A DNA stretch of 60,768 bases, the filler included, from Sphacelaria rigidula (lineage: Eukaryota): the NCBI GenBank assembly GCA_964200075.2. It is 6 parts of 6 records of this genome, joined end to end, with 100 filler letters (N's around TTAATTAATTAA, not from the genome) between each part and the next. Parts side by side here need not be neighbours in the genome. Positions count along the whole stretch, not along the records: positions 1 to 10,045 come from CAXNAA020007259.1; positions 10,146 to 20,190 come from CAXNAA020007260.1; 4 more parts are not named here. One strand, given 5' to 3'. Position 1 is the first letter of the stretch. Each line of letters begins with the position of its first letter. The notes under the pieces were generated by a model, which worked only from the letters and a program-made list of their open reading frames with translations, did no database searches and was not told the DNA's origin. Shown piece by piece: positions 1 through 12,346 of this stretch. Made by a program: the position numbers and the translations under genes.

Positions 1-70
1 GAGTCGAATCAGTTACACTAGAACCAAGTAATTTCCAGACGAATCATTATTTGTCCGACCCTTGGAATCT
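1..70. repeat. end of an abundant dispersed repeat (terminus ...TTATTTGTCCGACCCTTG), related to 10160-10312, 10943-11100 (inverted) and 20291-20365
   Basis: Visible similarity: gagtcgaatcagttacactagaaccaagtaatttccagacgaatcattatttgtccgacccttg vs agtcgactcatcattctaaaaccaaatgattttcacacgaatcaatatttatccgacccttg. Confidence 0.7.
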
Positions 71-108
71 TCGAAACATTCGATTCGAAGAGTGTTTTGG
101 TTCGGCAG

Positions 109-245
109 TTAGAGCGAGAGCTGGCCTCGACGGTGTCCGCGTTGAGGGACGAAAGGAAGGAGCGGAGAAGACAGACCGAGGCTTTACGCACCCAGCTGGA
201 GGAGTCAAGGGGCACCTTGAGGGCGAGGGAGTCGGAGCTGGAAAG
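109..245 (+). CDS. exon of coiled-coil gene
   Basis: ggcag|TTAGAG...GAAAG|gtgcg; phase-2 end matches the next exon. Confidence 0.8.
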
Positions 246-3200
246 GTGCGTCAACCTCATGGGGCCTTTTAATGAAAAAACCCCACGGGGTCGGCTCAGT
301 ATTGACATCATCCGCAAATCACCCAATACTTGACGCGTTGACATCATACCCAACGCTACCCAATGTTGGTTACAACATTGAAATCGTACCCAATTTCTCG
401 ATTACTCGAGTACAGAGAATCCCCGGGTATTATACCAGGGTACTCAAACGTACATACCCTACCCGACCTGCCCTTGTCATTTTCGTCGAAGCCCAGGAGA
501 ATATGCTCTGCACGTCTCACAGCGTAGCATTTCGCGCGCTCTCGAGCCATCGCACGTCACTATTTAGTCCACTCGGAGTGAGAGTACCCTCTCGTGCCCT
601 GCCGTACCAGCGTTGACATTAGTCGTACTCCAACGCCTGTTGACAAACTCACTCGCAGAAACCATCACCCGAATCTTGTGCATAGACAGGCCCAACTCCA
701 CTCCAAAACTAACCTTAATCCTGACCCCGACGGAGGCAGACCGAACACTCGGGCAGCGACCATGTTGTGCGTAGTCAAAGAATACGTTCTCCTCCGGTGC
801 CGATGTAGTCAATAACGTATTGCGGCACTCTTGCCGCGCGTGACATCCCAGTTCCTCTGCGCGTCCGGGGGACCAGGTTTTATAAAATCAAGTAAAAGCC
901 TGTTCGAATATCTGGATCTGGACTTTTGCCAGCAATAATAAACTGTTCGCTCAACATATTTACGTTCTTAAATACCACCGCTGACAGATATACTGCCTTG
1001 GCTGAGATCGTTCTCGCTGAGCGCAACGGTGTCAGCCGCAGGCCTTGATGTTCTCGAGCACTGTGGTGCAAGAGAGCCATTTTTTTCTGCATATAACAGA
1101 GACTTTTTCCGTTCGTAGCCATTCGATTCGATTTTTTGCCCGAATTGTATACCGCAACCGGGGAATTTTCTGCAGTAACGTCAGATCGTAAATCGTGCGT
1201 ACCAATCTTCTTCTCCATACCTGAGTCAGATTTTGTGTTTCAGACGTGACCGGGGTGGGTAATGTATCTGCTGAATCGGTGTCCCTTTCACTAGAAGAAT
1301 GAGTACGATACCCAGATCACCTCGATCACCCACCGTGGCGATCGAAGGGTCACCAACAAGTACGTTCTGGGCGTGGTTGATTTGCGTCACCCTCTCCTGT
1401 CCTACACTGAGTGTTGAACTAGATATTGTCGGTTGAGGATCTCATCTCGTGGTATGTCATGGTATGTCAGCGACAACTTCTTACACCGACCACGGAAAGA
1501 TAAATCCCATTATTGTGCGTGAGGTATATATGCTTTTGCTGCCAATCGACAGACGTCCCCACATCGTCAAGCCGCGATGAGGGAAAGGGAGATGGCGAGG
1601 CAAGCTGCTGCGGCTGCTGATGATGATGATGCCGAAAACAGCGCGCCACCAAAATTCCCAACTGCTCTGTGTGTAACCCTGTGTGTTTGCTAAACTGCAG
1701 GCGAGATGCCATGGCGCGTACACTGATGGCGGAGCTCGAATCGCTGCAATCTCGCTGCGATCTCTTGGCCACTTCGAAAGAGGAACAGTCGCAGAAGGCT
1801 GAGAAGACCATCAACCGTCTCAAGGAGGTACACCACGAACAATCGGACTCTGCTCGCTAAAGGACCGGATAGACAGTGTCACGTACTCGACTCGAGAATC
1901 TTCCCATCCGGATACAGTAGGATCGGTTCTATCACACATTCGCAATCGGTGAGAATTGTCACTCTCGCCTGCTATCTTGCAACTGATCAGAGCGTCAGAC
2001 ACATTCCTGTGCAATCTTGCACAAATTCTGCCACCGGGTACCCCAATCTCAGTTCCCCCGCAATTGTGCGCAAGTGCCGAATGTGCCCTACTTGCCCCCG
2101 TGATGTTATCTCTACATGCCGCCGCGCTCCGATGGTCGAGTGGTGCGACCGTCAACATTGGGGTAGGGAGAAATTAGGTTCAATCTCCGATGCGTTGGTT
2201 TTTTCTTCGGAAGTATCTGATTTCCACCATCGGAAGCGCGAGTACGTAAGTAGACGAAGTCTTTGAGTTTTTTTACGTACACGACGTACAACTGGAAGCC
2301 ATGACGGCAGAAGACTGCGGGGTTTGAGTCCCGACAGATGCGTTTGTTTGTTTGTTTGTTTTCATGAGGGTATCTGAGTTTCATCTTTGACCACGTGAGA
2401 ACACACGTATGTAGCAGAAGTATTATTTTGAAGGAGTCGATGCGGCGCGGGAGGGCCGATCAAACCAGTCTGCGATACCAAAATGTAAGGCGTGTTCACC
2501 GAGGGAAAATCTGGGTTGATTCCCTCGAAATCACGGAATTTTCCCCGGTACCAGGGGGAGTTACAAAGCACGACGAAGCAAATAATGCCCTGCCATCGCT
2601 CAAAGTCCCCCGTGCGGCGTTTCCCTTGATGAGTGTCCATTACGTGCATTTTTGTTGGACGCATTTTCTGCGCACCTCCATACGTTTCCCATCTTGTTGT
2701 TGGCAAGGATAATCGCGAGCTAGAAGCCCGAGTTCGAGAAGCGGAGGCGAGGACGGCGGAGGCACGGGCTGCGAGGGAGGGTGCGGACTCGGAGCGAGAG
2801 CGGGTGACTCGGGATCTCGGTGCCTTGACCGCAACGGTAAGTACCTAGAATCCATCTCTTGTGCCCATGTGTCTTAACCGTTCGGTTGTGATCATCGACT
2901 CACAATATTTTTTTGCTGTTCAGTTTTGTCCGCAGCAGAAATGTCGTTGGATGAAGCTAGGGCAGTGATATCTTAACCGCCTGAACCACCTACGTGAAGA
3001 AAGCGCGTCGAGAGCACGACTACGATCACAGGAACGTCGGTTGACTCAACTACGGACCTTGGGTCCTAGACTCGCGTGTTGAGGATTAACTCCTCGGACG
3101 AGAAAAAACGGCGCATGTATTCCCCGTTGCCTGCAGGTTTGGCGTCCTCATGGTAGCTTCGAGAACACGCGTTTCTCATGGGAGAATTGATGCACACCAA

Positions 3201-6200
3201 TTGTGTTTTTGACGACCATGCGCTGGGCACCGTCTGGGCGGTAGCAGATGCTACGGAATGCGTTCAGCGGATAGAATACCTGCATATTCCGTCAAGCATG
3301 GGAAGCTAGAGCACCGTCGTTGTCCGAGCACCATTGTATTTAAAATGGAACTCACTTTCGAAAACAGTCCAATCAACGAAGCATTTCCCGTTTTGGTGCC
3401 TCGCGCGAGGAGCCAGCGCACAGGTTTTGATCGATGCTTTTCAACCTGTCGACCTCCTGTCGCGACTTTCGTACGACCTTGCTTGACCTGCAACCGAGAC
3501 GCGTGAAGCTACAATTCGGACACCTGGTCCATTTCTCGCCTCTAAAAGGGGGTGTTTTCTCCCAACCCACAGACAAGTAGACCCATTGAGGTCAGGACCC
3601 CGTACGCGTATATAAGAGCATGGTTGCAAACCCCGAAACTAATGTCGTTACGGGGCTGTATCTTACCAGTTGGAGGCCTGATCGCTGACATGGCTACGGT
3701 GGAATACCGCAGCTCGTCAGCTCTGCCGAACACTTGCTGTGTTGCTTCACGTTTTGCATATCCCCGATCGCTAGACTTTCCTTTTACTCATAGATATAGC
3801 CATCAAGCTCCGGAATTCGTGCGTAACCAGAGCATCTTGTGTCATTTTCGGGATATATGCTACCAACTTTGGGGAGCATGCTGCTGGCATTTCTGTGTGG
3901 ACGGCACGCTCCCCACGTTGCTGGAATCCCTCAAGACATCCCTGGTGTATCCCCGCTGGTTTTTCAATGTAATCCGACTGCTTGACTAGCTGCTCATCAT
4001 GCCCTTGATCGCTGGCATCGTTCCCTCACGACGAGTATCCTGCGGGGGCTCCACAAGCAAGGCACCTGTGTAGCCTGGACGGGGTCCAGTATCCGACATG
4101 ACCCTGGTGCTCTCACAAGCTTCGGTATGAAGACAGCCGCGTGCATCTGCATTTCTGCAATGGTATCCTGATCTTTGAATGTGATCAACTATTTGTCGTC
4201 TGATCCGTTACAAAATATCTTGCTACGCGACAGACCGCATCCGCCGAGCGACGGGCTGAATCGGCGGAGGCAGCCTTGGCGAAGACCGCAGAACTGGCCG
4301 AGGTACGTAAAACACCGTCGGATGTCTTGTCTCCTCGATTTCCTGGAAAAATGTACTACACCTTTTGTCGCATGTTGAACTTCTCCACAGCACACACGTT
4401 TGTTGGGTACATAATTGAGAATCTCTGCCTGGCCCGTTCCCACATCCTTGCTGGATGTCGTCTATGTGTGTTGTTTTGTTCGTTCTTACAGGAGCACAAG
4501 AAGATGTTGGCAGAGGCGCAGGACGAGCGCGCTATACTCATACAGGAAGTAGAAGCCTTCCGCCGGCGATGTGAAAGCGGGAGTGAGGCTGAGACACTGC
4601 GGGCACAGGCAAGAAGACAGAGGGATGTTCAGAGCAAATGGTTGGAGGACGTCTCCCCAACGAGAATGAGCAATTGCCCGTATTATTTTGCAGTCATGCC
4701 ACGGAGAGTGGAAAACTGTACGAAGAAAGATGGCGACAAGAACAACACTGTTGCAGCAATAGCGTCTATTTCGTACTGTCACAGTTGCCAAGTATCCTTC
4801 ACGCATTGCTTGCCCGTTTTTCCGCATACAGAGCGCGGGTTACCCAGTATCGTTGATGGACTCTGTTTCGTAGGAGGACACTACAGACTCCTCTGCTTCT
4901 CCTGAAATTTGCTTTCGACTCCACCCTGTGCTGGTGAGCATCCTGTCCACGATGCAGGACTTGCAGGCCACTCCAGCTTGATTCACGAGCATTGCTGTGC
5001 GACGCAGTGATGTCGCCTCTCTCAGATGGCTTCCATTGATTTCCTCGATAGATGTACGTGATTCATGCGCAGACACCTCATGCACTGGAACGAACTGATA
5101 TTAATTTCATGCCACAGCAGTCCAAAGCACTGTATCCATAACGCTTCGACCAGGTTATGCCGCTACATCATTGGTTCTCGTCCCGCCGCGACAAATTTGT
5201 CCTGGAAATTCCGTGTTCGATATATATTTCGACCTTGATCAAGCTGTCTCGTATGCGTGCCCCACCTGTATTTGATGTGCTGCGTTGTGAATTTTCACAG
5301 ATGACGGATTGATTTCGTATCTGTTTTCCTCCAAGGTTGCTTTTTTTTATGTGTGTCTGCTCATTTTGTGTTGAATTTTGCTGTTTAATTGCACAGGTGG
5401 CGAATCTCGAGAGACAACTGGCAACCGCCGACCGGCGCTCCAACGCACTGGAAGCCCGCCAGGAGTTGCTGCAGAAGGAGCTTGTCGAGGCAGAAGGGGG
5501 AGAGGTGAGAATCAGTTTTTCCTCGCCCCACCTGATACACAACACTGTGGCGTTGTTCTTATGAAGTGTCAAGCAGCAGGTATCGTGTGGTTTTCGCCAC
5601 TTTAGGATACAAAAACCAGCGAGTTTTTTCGCAGAGAAAACATGGCGTAAATTTACTCGGCTCTCTCTGGTGTGCCCTAGAATGCCCGGTGTTTCTCTCT
5701 GTTGTAGCATGTGCTGAAAGGGATACATGAAGAAAATACGGAAGGATGCTTGACACAGCTGTAAGTTCTCGTGTAACCTCGCAGAGCTGACCCATTGCCT
5801 GAAGTTTCGCCAAAACGGCAAGGGTACATTTGTTCTTGTCCAATTGCTACCTTTAAAATGACAACGTAGCGGCAACTAAATTTTCGTAGTAAATGCTATC
5901 CAAATATCCCCCCTCGACGTCCTTACCGTCTTTCCTGTTACGTCTTTTCCCTGTGCCACGAAGTGACTCCGCCTTCATTTCAACGAACGCGGGAGTTTTT
6001 TGTGACCAGTAACTGTTTTACCTGATACAATATTGTCTCGTTCTCGTAATTTCGGCGTATAGGTGGAAGCTCGCGCGCGTCTGCGGTGGGCGCTCGGCCG
6101 ACTAGGACATCCCGACGCCAGTGGAGCAGCGGCCGCTACAGTAGACGAAAGCATTACTCGAAAAGGGGCCGAACACTCACGAGAAGGACGAGGTAGTAGA

Positions 6201-8621
6201 GGTGATGACTCTCACGGAGATTCCAACGGAATATTCGGCGATATCGCCAAAGCCACCGATGACGAGAAAAGTGATGCTGGATTTAATATGACAACCTTGC
6301 CCAGAAATAAAAGAACCAGAGAAGAACATTCTATTCAGCCATGTGGGCAACATGATGATGGCGTATCAAACGAAATAGAAATCGAAGATGATGTCCACCC
6401 CGAACGCCGCCGTGCGGGAGCCGAGGGAACAGAGGAAAACGGCCACGATCGGATGGACGGGATGCTGATCCGCAAGGATTGCAGGGAGAGGAGCCCGTCC
6501 ACAGGTGTCGACGACCGGGCAGTGGCTATTGGAAAAAACGATGGTTACCATGAGGAGCCGATGTCGAAACGGTCGGTTCCTGCCCCGTCCCCAGCGGGTG
6601 GGCAAGAACGTGATGATGAGTCGAAACGATCGCCGGCAGGGTCGGCTGGAGGCGGTGGTGGTAATAGAGAGGGCGGGGGCAGAGTGGATGTTGATGAAAG
6701 ACGGCCGCGCGCTCGCTCGTATGCGGAAAGGGGGCGGCGTGGTTCAACCGGTGAAAGTCGGATGGAACCGATGGAAGACATGGAAAATCGCGTCGGGGAG
6801 CGTAGTCGCGCTGGGTCGTGCGATGCCGATGTTCAAGCTCATGGGGATGATGGGCGCAGTGATTCTTGTTCTCAATGGATCAGGGATGCTGACGAACATG
6901 CCTGGGATGCTTTCCGATCTCAACAATTTCGAAATGAGAACGGCGGTGATCATCGTGCGGACAAGATGGGAGATTTAGAACAAGAGCGACTTTGGGCTCG
7001 TGCAGCTATTCCCAGCGATGAGCACCGAGAGTTTGATTACACGAGTGGGAACCATATTGATCATCAGCCGCCGCATGGTACCGATACACTTCCAGTGGTC
7101 GAGTCGAGAAGTGGCAACGGCGATATAGATAACCATACTGTTGAGGAGCAGGGGAGACTTTCAGGGCACAGCGGGGATATCCAGGATGAGGAGGAGGGCG
7201 TGTTTGAGTTGTACATGCAAAGGCAACAGGGGCGATTGGAGTACAACAGGGAGAATATGGCGTCCTATGAAATCGAACAAGTGGAAGGAACCGGGACGAA
7301 GGTGGACTGGTTAGAAAGTGGAGAATGGGACGAGGTCGAGTCGAGAATAGGGGCTGAAATTCCTTTTCGCGGAGAGTCAGACCAAAGGAGGGCAGTCCAG
7401 GAAATGGGGACTGGAGATGAGGCATATTTCAACAGTCGGAGCGGCTGTAGCGACACCGGAAACAACAAGGTCGTACGTGATGGAGTCCGTACATCCTCTG
7501 ATGCTCGGGGACGTCGACGCGAGGAAAGCCACGTGCGAGCGACGTTGTCGAGTATGGGCTTCCAGGCTGCAAACGATTGCGGCATTGCCAATCAACTCGC
7601 CAACCCGAGAAGTGCGAGAATCATTAGTCCTGGCAAGACTTCCACCCTCAAACCTGCGAAAGCCCAGAATGTGAGGGCGCGAAGTGCGAGAAGAAGCGTG
7701 CCAGCGGTGGGAGGAAACGGCGTCCGCAGGGTAGAGGTTGTCCATGTGCCTACACTACCGAGGGATCTATCGAGAGCTTACTCGACCAGTACAGTGTCCC
7801 GGCCAAGGAAAAACTCACGGAATAACGCCCTCGCCTCCTCACTGATACGAGAAACAGGGAAGCGTAGGTCCGGAGCATCGGTAACGCGCGCCACACGACA
7901 AAAGAATAACGCGGCCTCCTCATCACCCAGCCAGGTAGTGGCAAAGTCAGCGCGTCATAGAGTGTCTCCTAGGCCGACTACCTCGTTGGAAGCAGCTGCG
8001 ACGGGCCCCGGCGTGCGAAGAGAAAGTCATTCTAATGCTGCTGGCAGGGGCACAATGGCTAGCAGTCGGGTCTTACAGCCGACCTTGGCGTCAGTCCGCA
8101 CCATTGCAGAAAGGGGTGTATCTTCGGTTAATGGCACTAGGGCTGGCAGTGGAATCGTTAGCGCCACTACGGCGACCCGCGCCAAAAGGGCGAACAGCAT
8201 CGGACCAGGGGCGGATACAACTCCCGCAGTACCAGTAAAAGGTAGTGGAGTACGAAGAGCGAAATCAGTGGTGGCACAACGACAACTTGGCACGTCAAGA
8301 ACAAGCAGTGCCGTCTCATGCAGCAAGAGCATAAAGCGGCGCCAAGCGTTGACAATGACCCCGACCAGCGGTGAGCCCCGGCGAGCGTGTCCCCCTGCCA
8401 CACTCGCAGGCCAGTTCCAAGGTGAAGAACACTCCCCCGCAGCGAATTTTTCCCGACCTGGCGAGACCCCGGGCACGAAATCAAGAGAAAACGTTTCCTT
8501 AATGCGGCGACGTAGGGAGCAACATATCGGTGGCGCGCAGCGAGTAGTGACGACGCCTGCTGGGAAGGCAAGAGCTACTAGCAGTGTATGTAGTGGTAGT
8601 AGTAGGGCTTGGAAGCCATGA
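109..8621 (+). CDS. 5'-truncated multi-exon gene: coiled-coil protein with a long disordered C-terminal tail (exons 109-245, 1701-1827, 2708-2836, 4234-4302, 4492-4608, 5397-5504, 6063-8621)
   Basis: Each exon follows a pyrimidine-rich tract plus AG and ends in GT (GC at 4609). Splice phases are consistent (2,0,0,0,0,0) and give a continuous E/R/A/L-rich heptad-like protein (LERELASTVSALRDERKERRR...ETLRAQ|VANLERQL...). Stop TGA at 8619-8621. Confidence 0.85.
1701..1827 (+). CDS. exon of coiled-coil gene
   Basis: ctgcag|GCGAGAT...AAGGAG|gtacac; RDAMARTLMAELESLQSRC... Confidence 0.8.
2122..2575 (+). mobile_element. tRNA-headed SINE family A, diverged copy with an internal partial duplication
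   Basis: Matches 58291-58610 in head (ggttcaatctccgatgcgttgg), body (atttccaccatcggaagcgcgagtacgtaag) and 3' part (accaaaatgtaaggcgtgt...gggttgattccctcgaaatcacgga). Confidence 0.7.
2708..2836 (+). CDS. exon of coiled-coil gene
   Basis: ggcaag|GATAAT...GCAACG|gtaagt; DNRELEARVREAEARTAEARAA... Confidence 0.8.
3100..4170 (-). pseudogene. possible highly decayed hAT-like transposase remnant in an intron
   Basis: Minus-strand fragments ILDP, FPCL and HEKRVFSKL resemble hAT C-terminal motifs (LDPR, FPxL, SERxFS); frames are broken. Confidence 0.3.
4234..4302 (+). CDS. exon of coiled-coil gene
   Basis: gacag|ACCGCA...GCCGAG|gtacgt; TASAERRAESAEAALAKTAELAE. Confidence 0.75.
4492..4608 (+). CDS. 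exon of coiled-coil gene (probable GC donor)
   Basis: ttacag|GAGCAC...GCACAG|gcaaga; EHKKMLAEAQDERAILIQEVEAFRRRC... Confidence 0.75.
5397..5504 (+). CDS. exon of coiled-coil gene
   Basis: gcacag|GTGGCG...GGAGAG|gtgaga; VANLERQLATADRRSNALEARQELLQKEL. Confidence 0.8.
6063..8621 (+). CDS. terminal exon of coiled-coil gene, 852 codons, low-complexity/disordered
   Basis: Open frame after acceptor tatag|GTG; D/E/G/R-rich first half, S/R/A/T-rich basic second half. Confidence 0.85.
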   Translation: MEARARLRWALGRLGHPDASGAAAATVDESITRKGAEHSREGRGSRGDDSHGDSNGIFGDIAKATDDEKSDAGFNMTTLPRNKRTREEHSIQPCGQHDDGVSNEIEIEDDVHPERRRAGAEGTEENGHDRMDGMLIRKDCRERSPSTGVDDRAVAIGKNDGYHEEPMSKRSVPAPSPAGGQERDDESKRSPAGSAGGGGGNREGGGRVDVDERRPRARSYAERGRRGSTGESRMEPMEDMENRVGERSRAGSCDADVQAHGDDGRSDSCSQWIRDADEHAWDAFRSQQFRNENGGDHRADKMGDLEQERLWARAAIPSDEHREFDYTSGNHIDHQPPHGTDTLPVVESRSGNGDIDNHTVEEQGRLSGHSGDIQDEEEGVFELYMQRQQGRLEYNRENMASYEIEQVEGTGTKVDWLESGEWDEVESRIGAEIPFRGESDQRRAVQEMGTGDEAYFNSRSGCSDTGNNKVVRDGVRTSSDARGRRREESHVRATLSSMGFQAANDCGIANQLANPRSARIISPGKTSTLKPAKAQNVRARSARRSVPAVGGNGVRRVEVVHVPTLPRDLSRAYSTSTVSRPRKNSRNNALASSLIRETGKRRSGASVTRATRQKNNAASSSPSQVVAKSARHRVSPRPTTSLEAAATGPGVRRESHSNAAGRGTMASSRVLQPTLASVRTIAERGVSSVNGTRAGSGIVSATTATRAKRANSIGPGADTTPAVPVKGSGVRRAKSVVAQRQLGTSRTSSAVSCSKSIKRRQALTMTPTSGEPRRACPPATLAGQFQGEEHSPAANFSRPGETPGTKSRENVSLMRRRREQHIGGAQRVVTTPAGKARATSSVCSGSSRAWKP

Positions 8622-10045
8622 AGTGCCTGATGTGAATAAAATAACCCGGCAAGCATGGGGCGGAGAAGCGTGAGCGGTCGTCAGAACGGTTTTTTGGAAA
8701 AGGGGACGATAGAGGACGATGTATTAACTGTATGACGGTTCCTGCGAAACAACTCAGAGGTGCCCTGTTGATAGTAAACTTTTCGTATTTCGTCCGCTGC
8801 CGGTGATGCTGCCGCTGTCCTCGTCATTTTCACCAGCTGGGTTGGAGTGCTCAGCAATGGAGCGAGGTCGTTTTGCACACAACCATGTGTTTGACCTCGC
8901 ATTGTGCTGCTTAAAGTTGCGATGCCTCGTAGTGCGAATGATCAGCACGTAGCTTATACTTTGATGTCGAATGGACTTGGACGGAGGTAGGCGAAGAAGA
9001 CTCGATGAGGCAAGCCAAGTGCTGATGTTGATGTTTGGGAAGCCTAGGATTCACTGTACTTGTGACGAGCGTGTCAGCCCAAGTGTTCCCCCCGGCAGAT
9101 GAAGAGTAAAGTGAGACAGCTGTTCACGTGGTTCATTTATTCCAGTTTTTACGACGGAAGTTGGAATGATTGGAAGCCTCTGCTATTTACATCAAATATA
9201 AATATATACTTCCACGCACATCTCGCGGTGGTAGTCCAGATCCAACTGTTCACCACACAGTACAGAAATAATGAGTTTATAGGTGCGACTACATGACTTC
9301 GCTCTTCCCAATTTAAAAAAGTGGTGTTGGTTTCTGCTGCGGGTAAAAATTCGACTAGGTTTTTTTGCGTCGTGGTTCCTGCGTCGTAGTTTTTGCGATA
9401 TTTTTCTTGCTAGATTTTTCCAGTCTAAAACCCTTATCGATTTCGGTTCTTTGGGGGATAACTTCGTCAAACGGACACCAAACGCACCCTGCTTCAAGGG
9501 GCACCTGGACACACAGCAGTTGCCGCTGCCTACCTAGTATCACCCTCCAAATCGAAGTCTTGAGCGAGAAGCCCAGCGTTTCGTGCCCATGTACAAGGAT
9601 GATGTACATTCATACTAGGGTGTTTTCTTGGAGTCAGCACAGCAGCATATATTATGCACAAAGAACGAGTGCTGCGCACAACTTGACACAGACGGCGAGT
9701 AGCTCGAACAAAACGAAACAAACGCGACGTGCATACGGCTTGCACGGGAAGGGAGCAAGCATGTGATACAGCGAGCAGGAGACGTTTATTTACTCACCTC
9801 CCACAGATGAGGGTAACCCAAGGTGAATTGCAAAATTTTTACGAGAAACGCGATTATGGCCGAGCGTTCAAAAATTCGCGCTCGGCAAGAATTGAGGATC
9901 CGTCTAAAATGAGGGAAAGAACTATGACATGGGACATCCTCTATTTAACAGCCGATTTTAAATTTTGGGGTTCAACACTAAAATGGGGCTGAAGTCGCAT
10001 TTTTCTCTTGCAGGGAAGACACGAAAGAGTAACACAGAGCGAAAG

Positions 10046-10145
10046 NNNNNNNNNNNNNNNNNNNNNNNNNNNNNNNNNNNNNNNNNNNNTTAATTAATTA
10101 ANNNNNNNNNNNNNNNNNNNNNNNNNNNNNNNNNNNNNNNNNNNN
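10046..10145. other. artificial contig spacer (N44-TTAATTAATTAA-N44)
   Basis: Identical 100-nt spacer with stops in all six frames occurs five times. Confidence 0.98.
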
Positions 10146-10159
10146 CGGGTCCAAGGGGT

Positions 10160-11295
10160 ATCCACACAACTTTTGCGCCATTCCACGTGTCTGGGCTGCG
10201 ATTACCTGGGTTGCAACGCTGAAATGGAGCCTAGGGATTGATTCGTCACGAGTCGACTCATCATTCTAAAACCAAATGATTTTCACACGAATCAATATTT
10301 ATCCGACCCTTGAAACTATCGGATATGTGTATGAAAGTCTTACAGAGATTACAGATCTGTCGGGTAGGATATGGAGGTTGCACAGAAAACTGTACCCACA
10401 ATCAAGTATCTTATCAAGAGCGTACCCGTGCCCCCCGGTAACGATACGGGAGTCTTACAGAGATTACAGGATTACAGAATTATCGGGTGAGGGTGTGAAA
10501 GTCTTACAGATTACAGATCTGTCGGGTACCGGTATGGAAATATTACAGAAGTCACAAAAATGTCGGGTACGGTACATACCCGGCACAATACCCCGGGTAT
10601 ACAGAAAACCGTACCCTACAGAACACAACCTTGAAAAAATCATAAAAAAACAACTTGAAATTGAACAGCATAATTGCTTTTGAATGATTCGTGGCTGGTC
10701 CATCTCCATACACTATAGGAACCGCTTGTCGACGGAATGACGCGAGTCGTGCACTCAATTTTGGATCGTTTTCGATGAAATTTTGACATAATGTACAGAA
10801 CTTGTGTGTGAAGACCCAACCTTCCCCCCTATGTTTCTTTTTCTCCTACGGGAATTATTGGCGACGGAACATTTCAGAACATTTTTTCGGAACAAAATTG
10901 CCAACAACCCACGAAGGAAAACAAACATAGAGGGAAAGGATGCAAGGGTTGGACGGATCAATTATTCGTCCGGAAATTACTTAATTTCAGTATTTTTTAT
11001 TCGTACGGTACGAATCAATCCTCACGCTTTGTTTTCAGCGTTGCAACCCAGGTACGCGAAGCCCAGGCGCGTGGAATGGCGCAAAAGTTGCGTGGAGACC
11101 TGTTTGACCAGCGGTCGACTTTTTTTTCTCTTTCGATCAATCAGGCCTAAGAAATCGTGAATCCGGTGATTCGAACCGGCGATGATTCGTCCGAACCAGG
11201 AAAGGTTGGCTGTTCCCATATACACCCTGTACATCGTGTCGAAATTTCATCGAAAACGATCCAAAATTGAGCGCGCGACTCGCGTTTCAAAATAC
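10160..11295. repeat. cluster of inverted copies of a dispersed non-autonomous element (10160-10312 inverted vs 10943-11098; 10735-10826 inverted vs 11200-11285)
   Basis: e.g. aacttttgcgccattccacg / cgtggaatggcgcaaaagtt and tcaattttggatcgttttcgatgaaattt / aaatttcatcgaaaacgatccaaaattga. Confidence 0.75.
10316..10633. mobile_element. truncated copy of the CAAGGTT-TIR minisatellite-filled element (full copy at 29036-29532)
   Basis: Repeated tacaga...gtcgggtac units; ends in cagaacacaaccttg. Confidence 0.65.
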
Positions 11296-11727
11296 CTTGT
11301 CGCATCTTGGGCGGCCCAGCTTGTACGATATACGGATCATGACCCAACTCGCCTGTGTCAATGAGATATTGCGTTGGCAGCTTGTTAAACCCGTTTCTAG
11401 GCTCGATCAGCTCGTGAGTGGCTCGATATCCAACGCTATAATGATGGGACAGGATCTGATCGACTGCGTCACGTGCAAGAACGAAGAAAGTGCCGTGACC
11501 GTAGTCAACCATTTACCGTGCACAAATATGCCTTGTCCAGTCCGTCGGGGTGGTACAGTCGACGGGACCGGGTTGCACACACCAGGACCTACTCGAACGC
11601 AAACACTCGAGTACAGCCTGCACAAAATCCACAAACCACATCCGTGTTTCCTACCGGACGCTTCTAGAAGAACCGACGGCGACGTCGCGGCTCGTCGTGC
11701 GGCTCGATCTAAACCGTGTGGCGCATC

Positions 11728-12346
11728 ATGGCCGCTCGAGAAGAAACGCCGTTGTTGCGCAATGGTCGTTCGCCCGAGCTGGGTACTATCGATCTGTCGA
11801 CACCACCACTCCGCTGCCGGGAGCAGCAGCAACTGGCGACGCTGGGCTCATATCTGCTTCCTTTTCGAAGGGGTACCGACCACCGACAAAGGCTATCACG
11901 TTGGCTGGGAGCAATAACTTTGGCGCTCGTGATATCTGTGGCCATTGTTCGCGTTGCCGTTACACATGATCTCTCGCATCAGGATGCCGTATTGAAACGA
12001 AATAGCCCTACTACTCCTTCAGGTGATATCACTGATATCGGTGCGGAGTACTCTGCCCGCAAGACGGAATTTCAGCGGTCCACCTCGCTGCGCCCAACCA
12101 CGCTAAGAAATAGCAGGCAAGGCGGTGTTGCCGATGTAGGAGGAGGTGGTACACGCCAGCACAGTGTCACTGTCACGAATTACACTGGCTCTATTTCTAG
12201 CATGGATGTTCCGTCAGGAGCAGCATTAGAAGGAGCAGCTTCTACCCAGGCTGGCGTGGACGGCGGCGCAAGCTCGCGGGTGGACGGTGTAGAGTATGTT
12301 GGGCTGGGAAATGAACAAAAGCAAGTCAAGGAATCGGGTGAAACAG
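11728..12346 (+). CDS. exon 1 of a membrane-anchored sulfatase (N-tail, one TM helix, low-complexity stem)
   Basis: ATG 11728 MAAREETPLL...; hydrophobic WLGAITLALVISVAIVRVAV; donor ACAG|gtatgt, phase 1, which matches the exon at 19265. Confidence 0.65.

Noticed and set aside
880-1218. hAT dimerisation-domain remnant (YLSA...SEQFIIAG)
   Set aside because: The resemblance is too weak to call without a profile search.
1610-1645. Hammerhead-like CUGAUGA...GAAA
   Set aside because: It lies in a (TGA)n microsatellite and stems I-III cannot be formed.
8027-8656. 209-aa antisense ORF and the many other short ORFs in the track
   Set aside because: These are shadows of GC-rich coding sequence, microsatellites or repeats, with no motifs or splice support.
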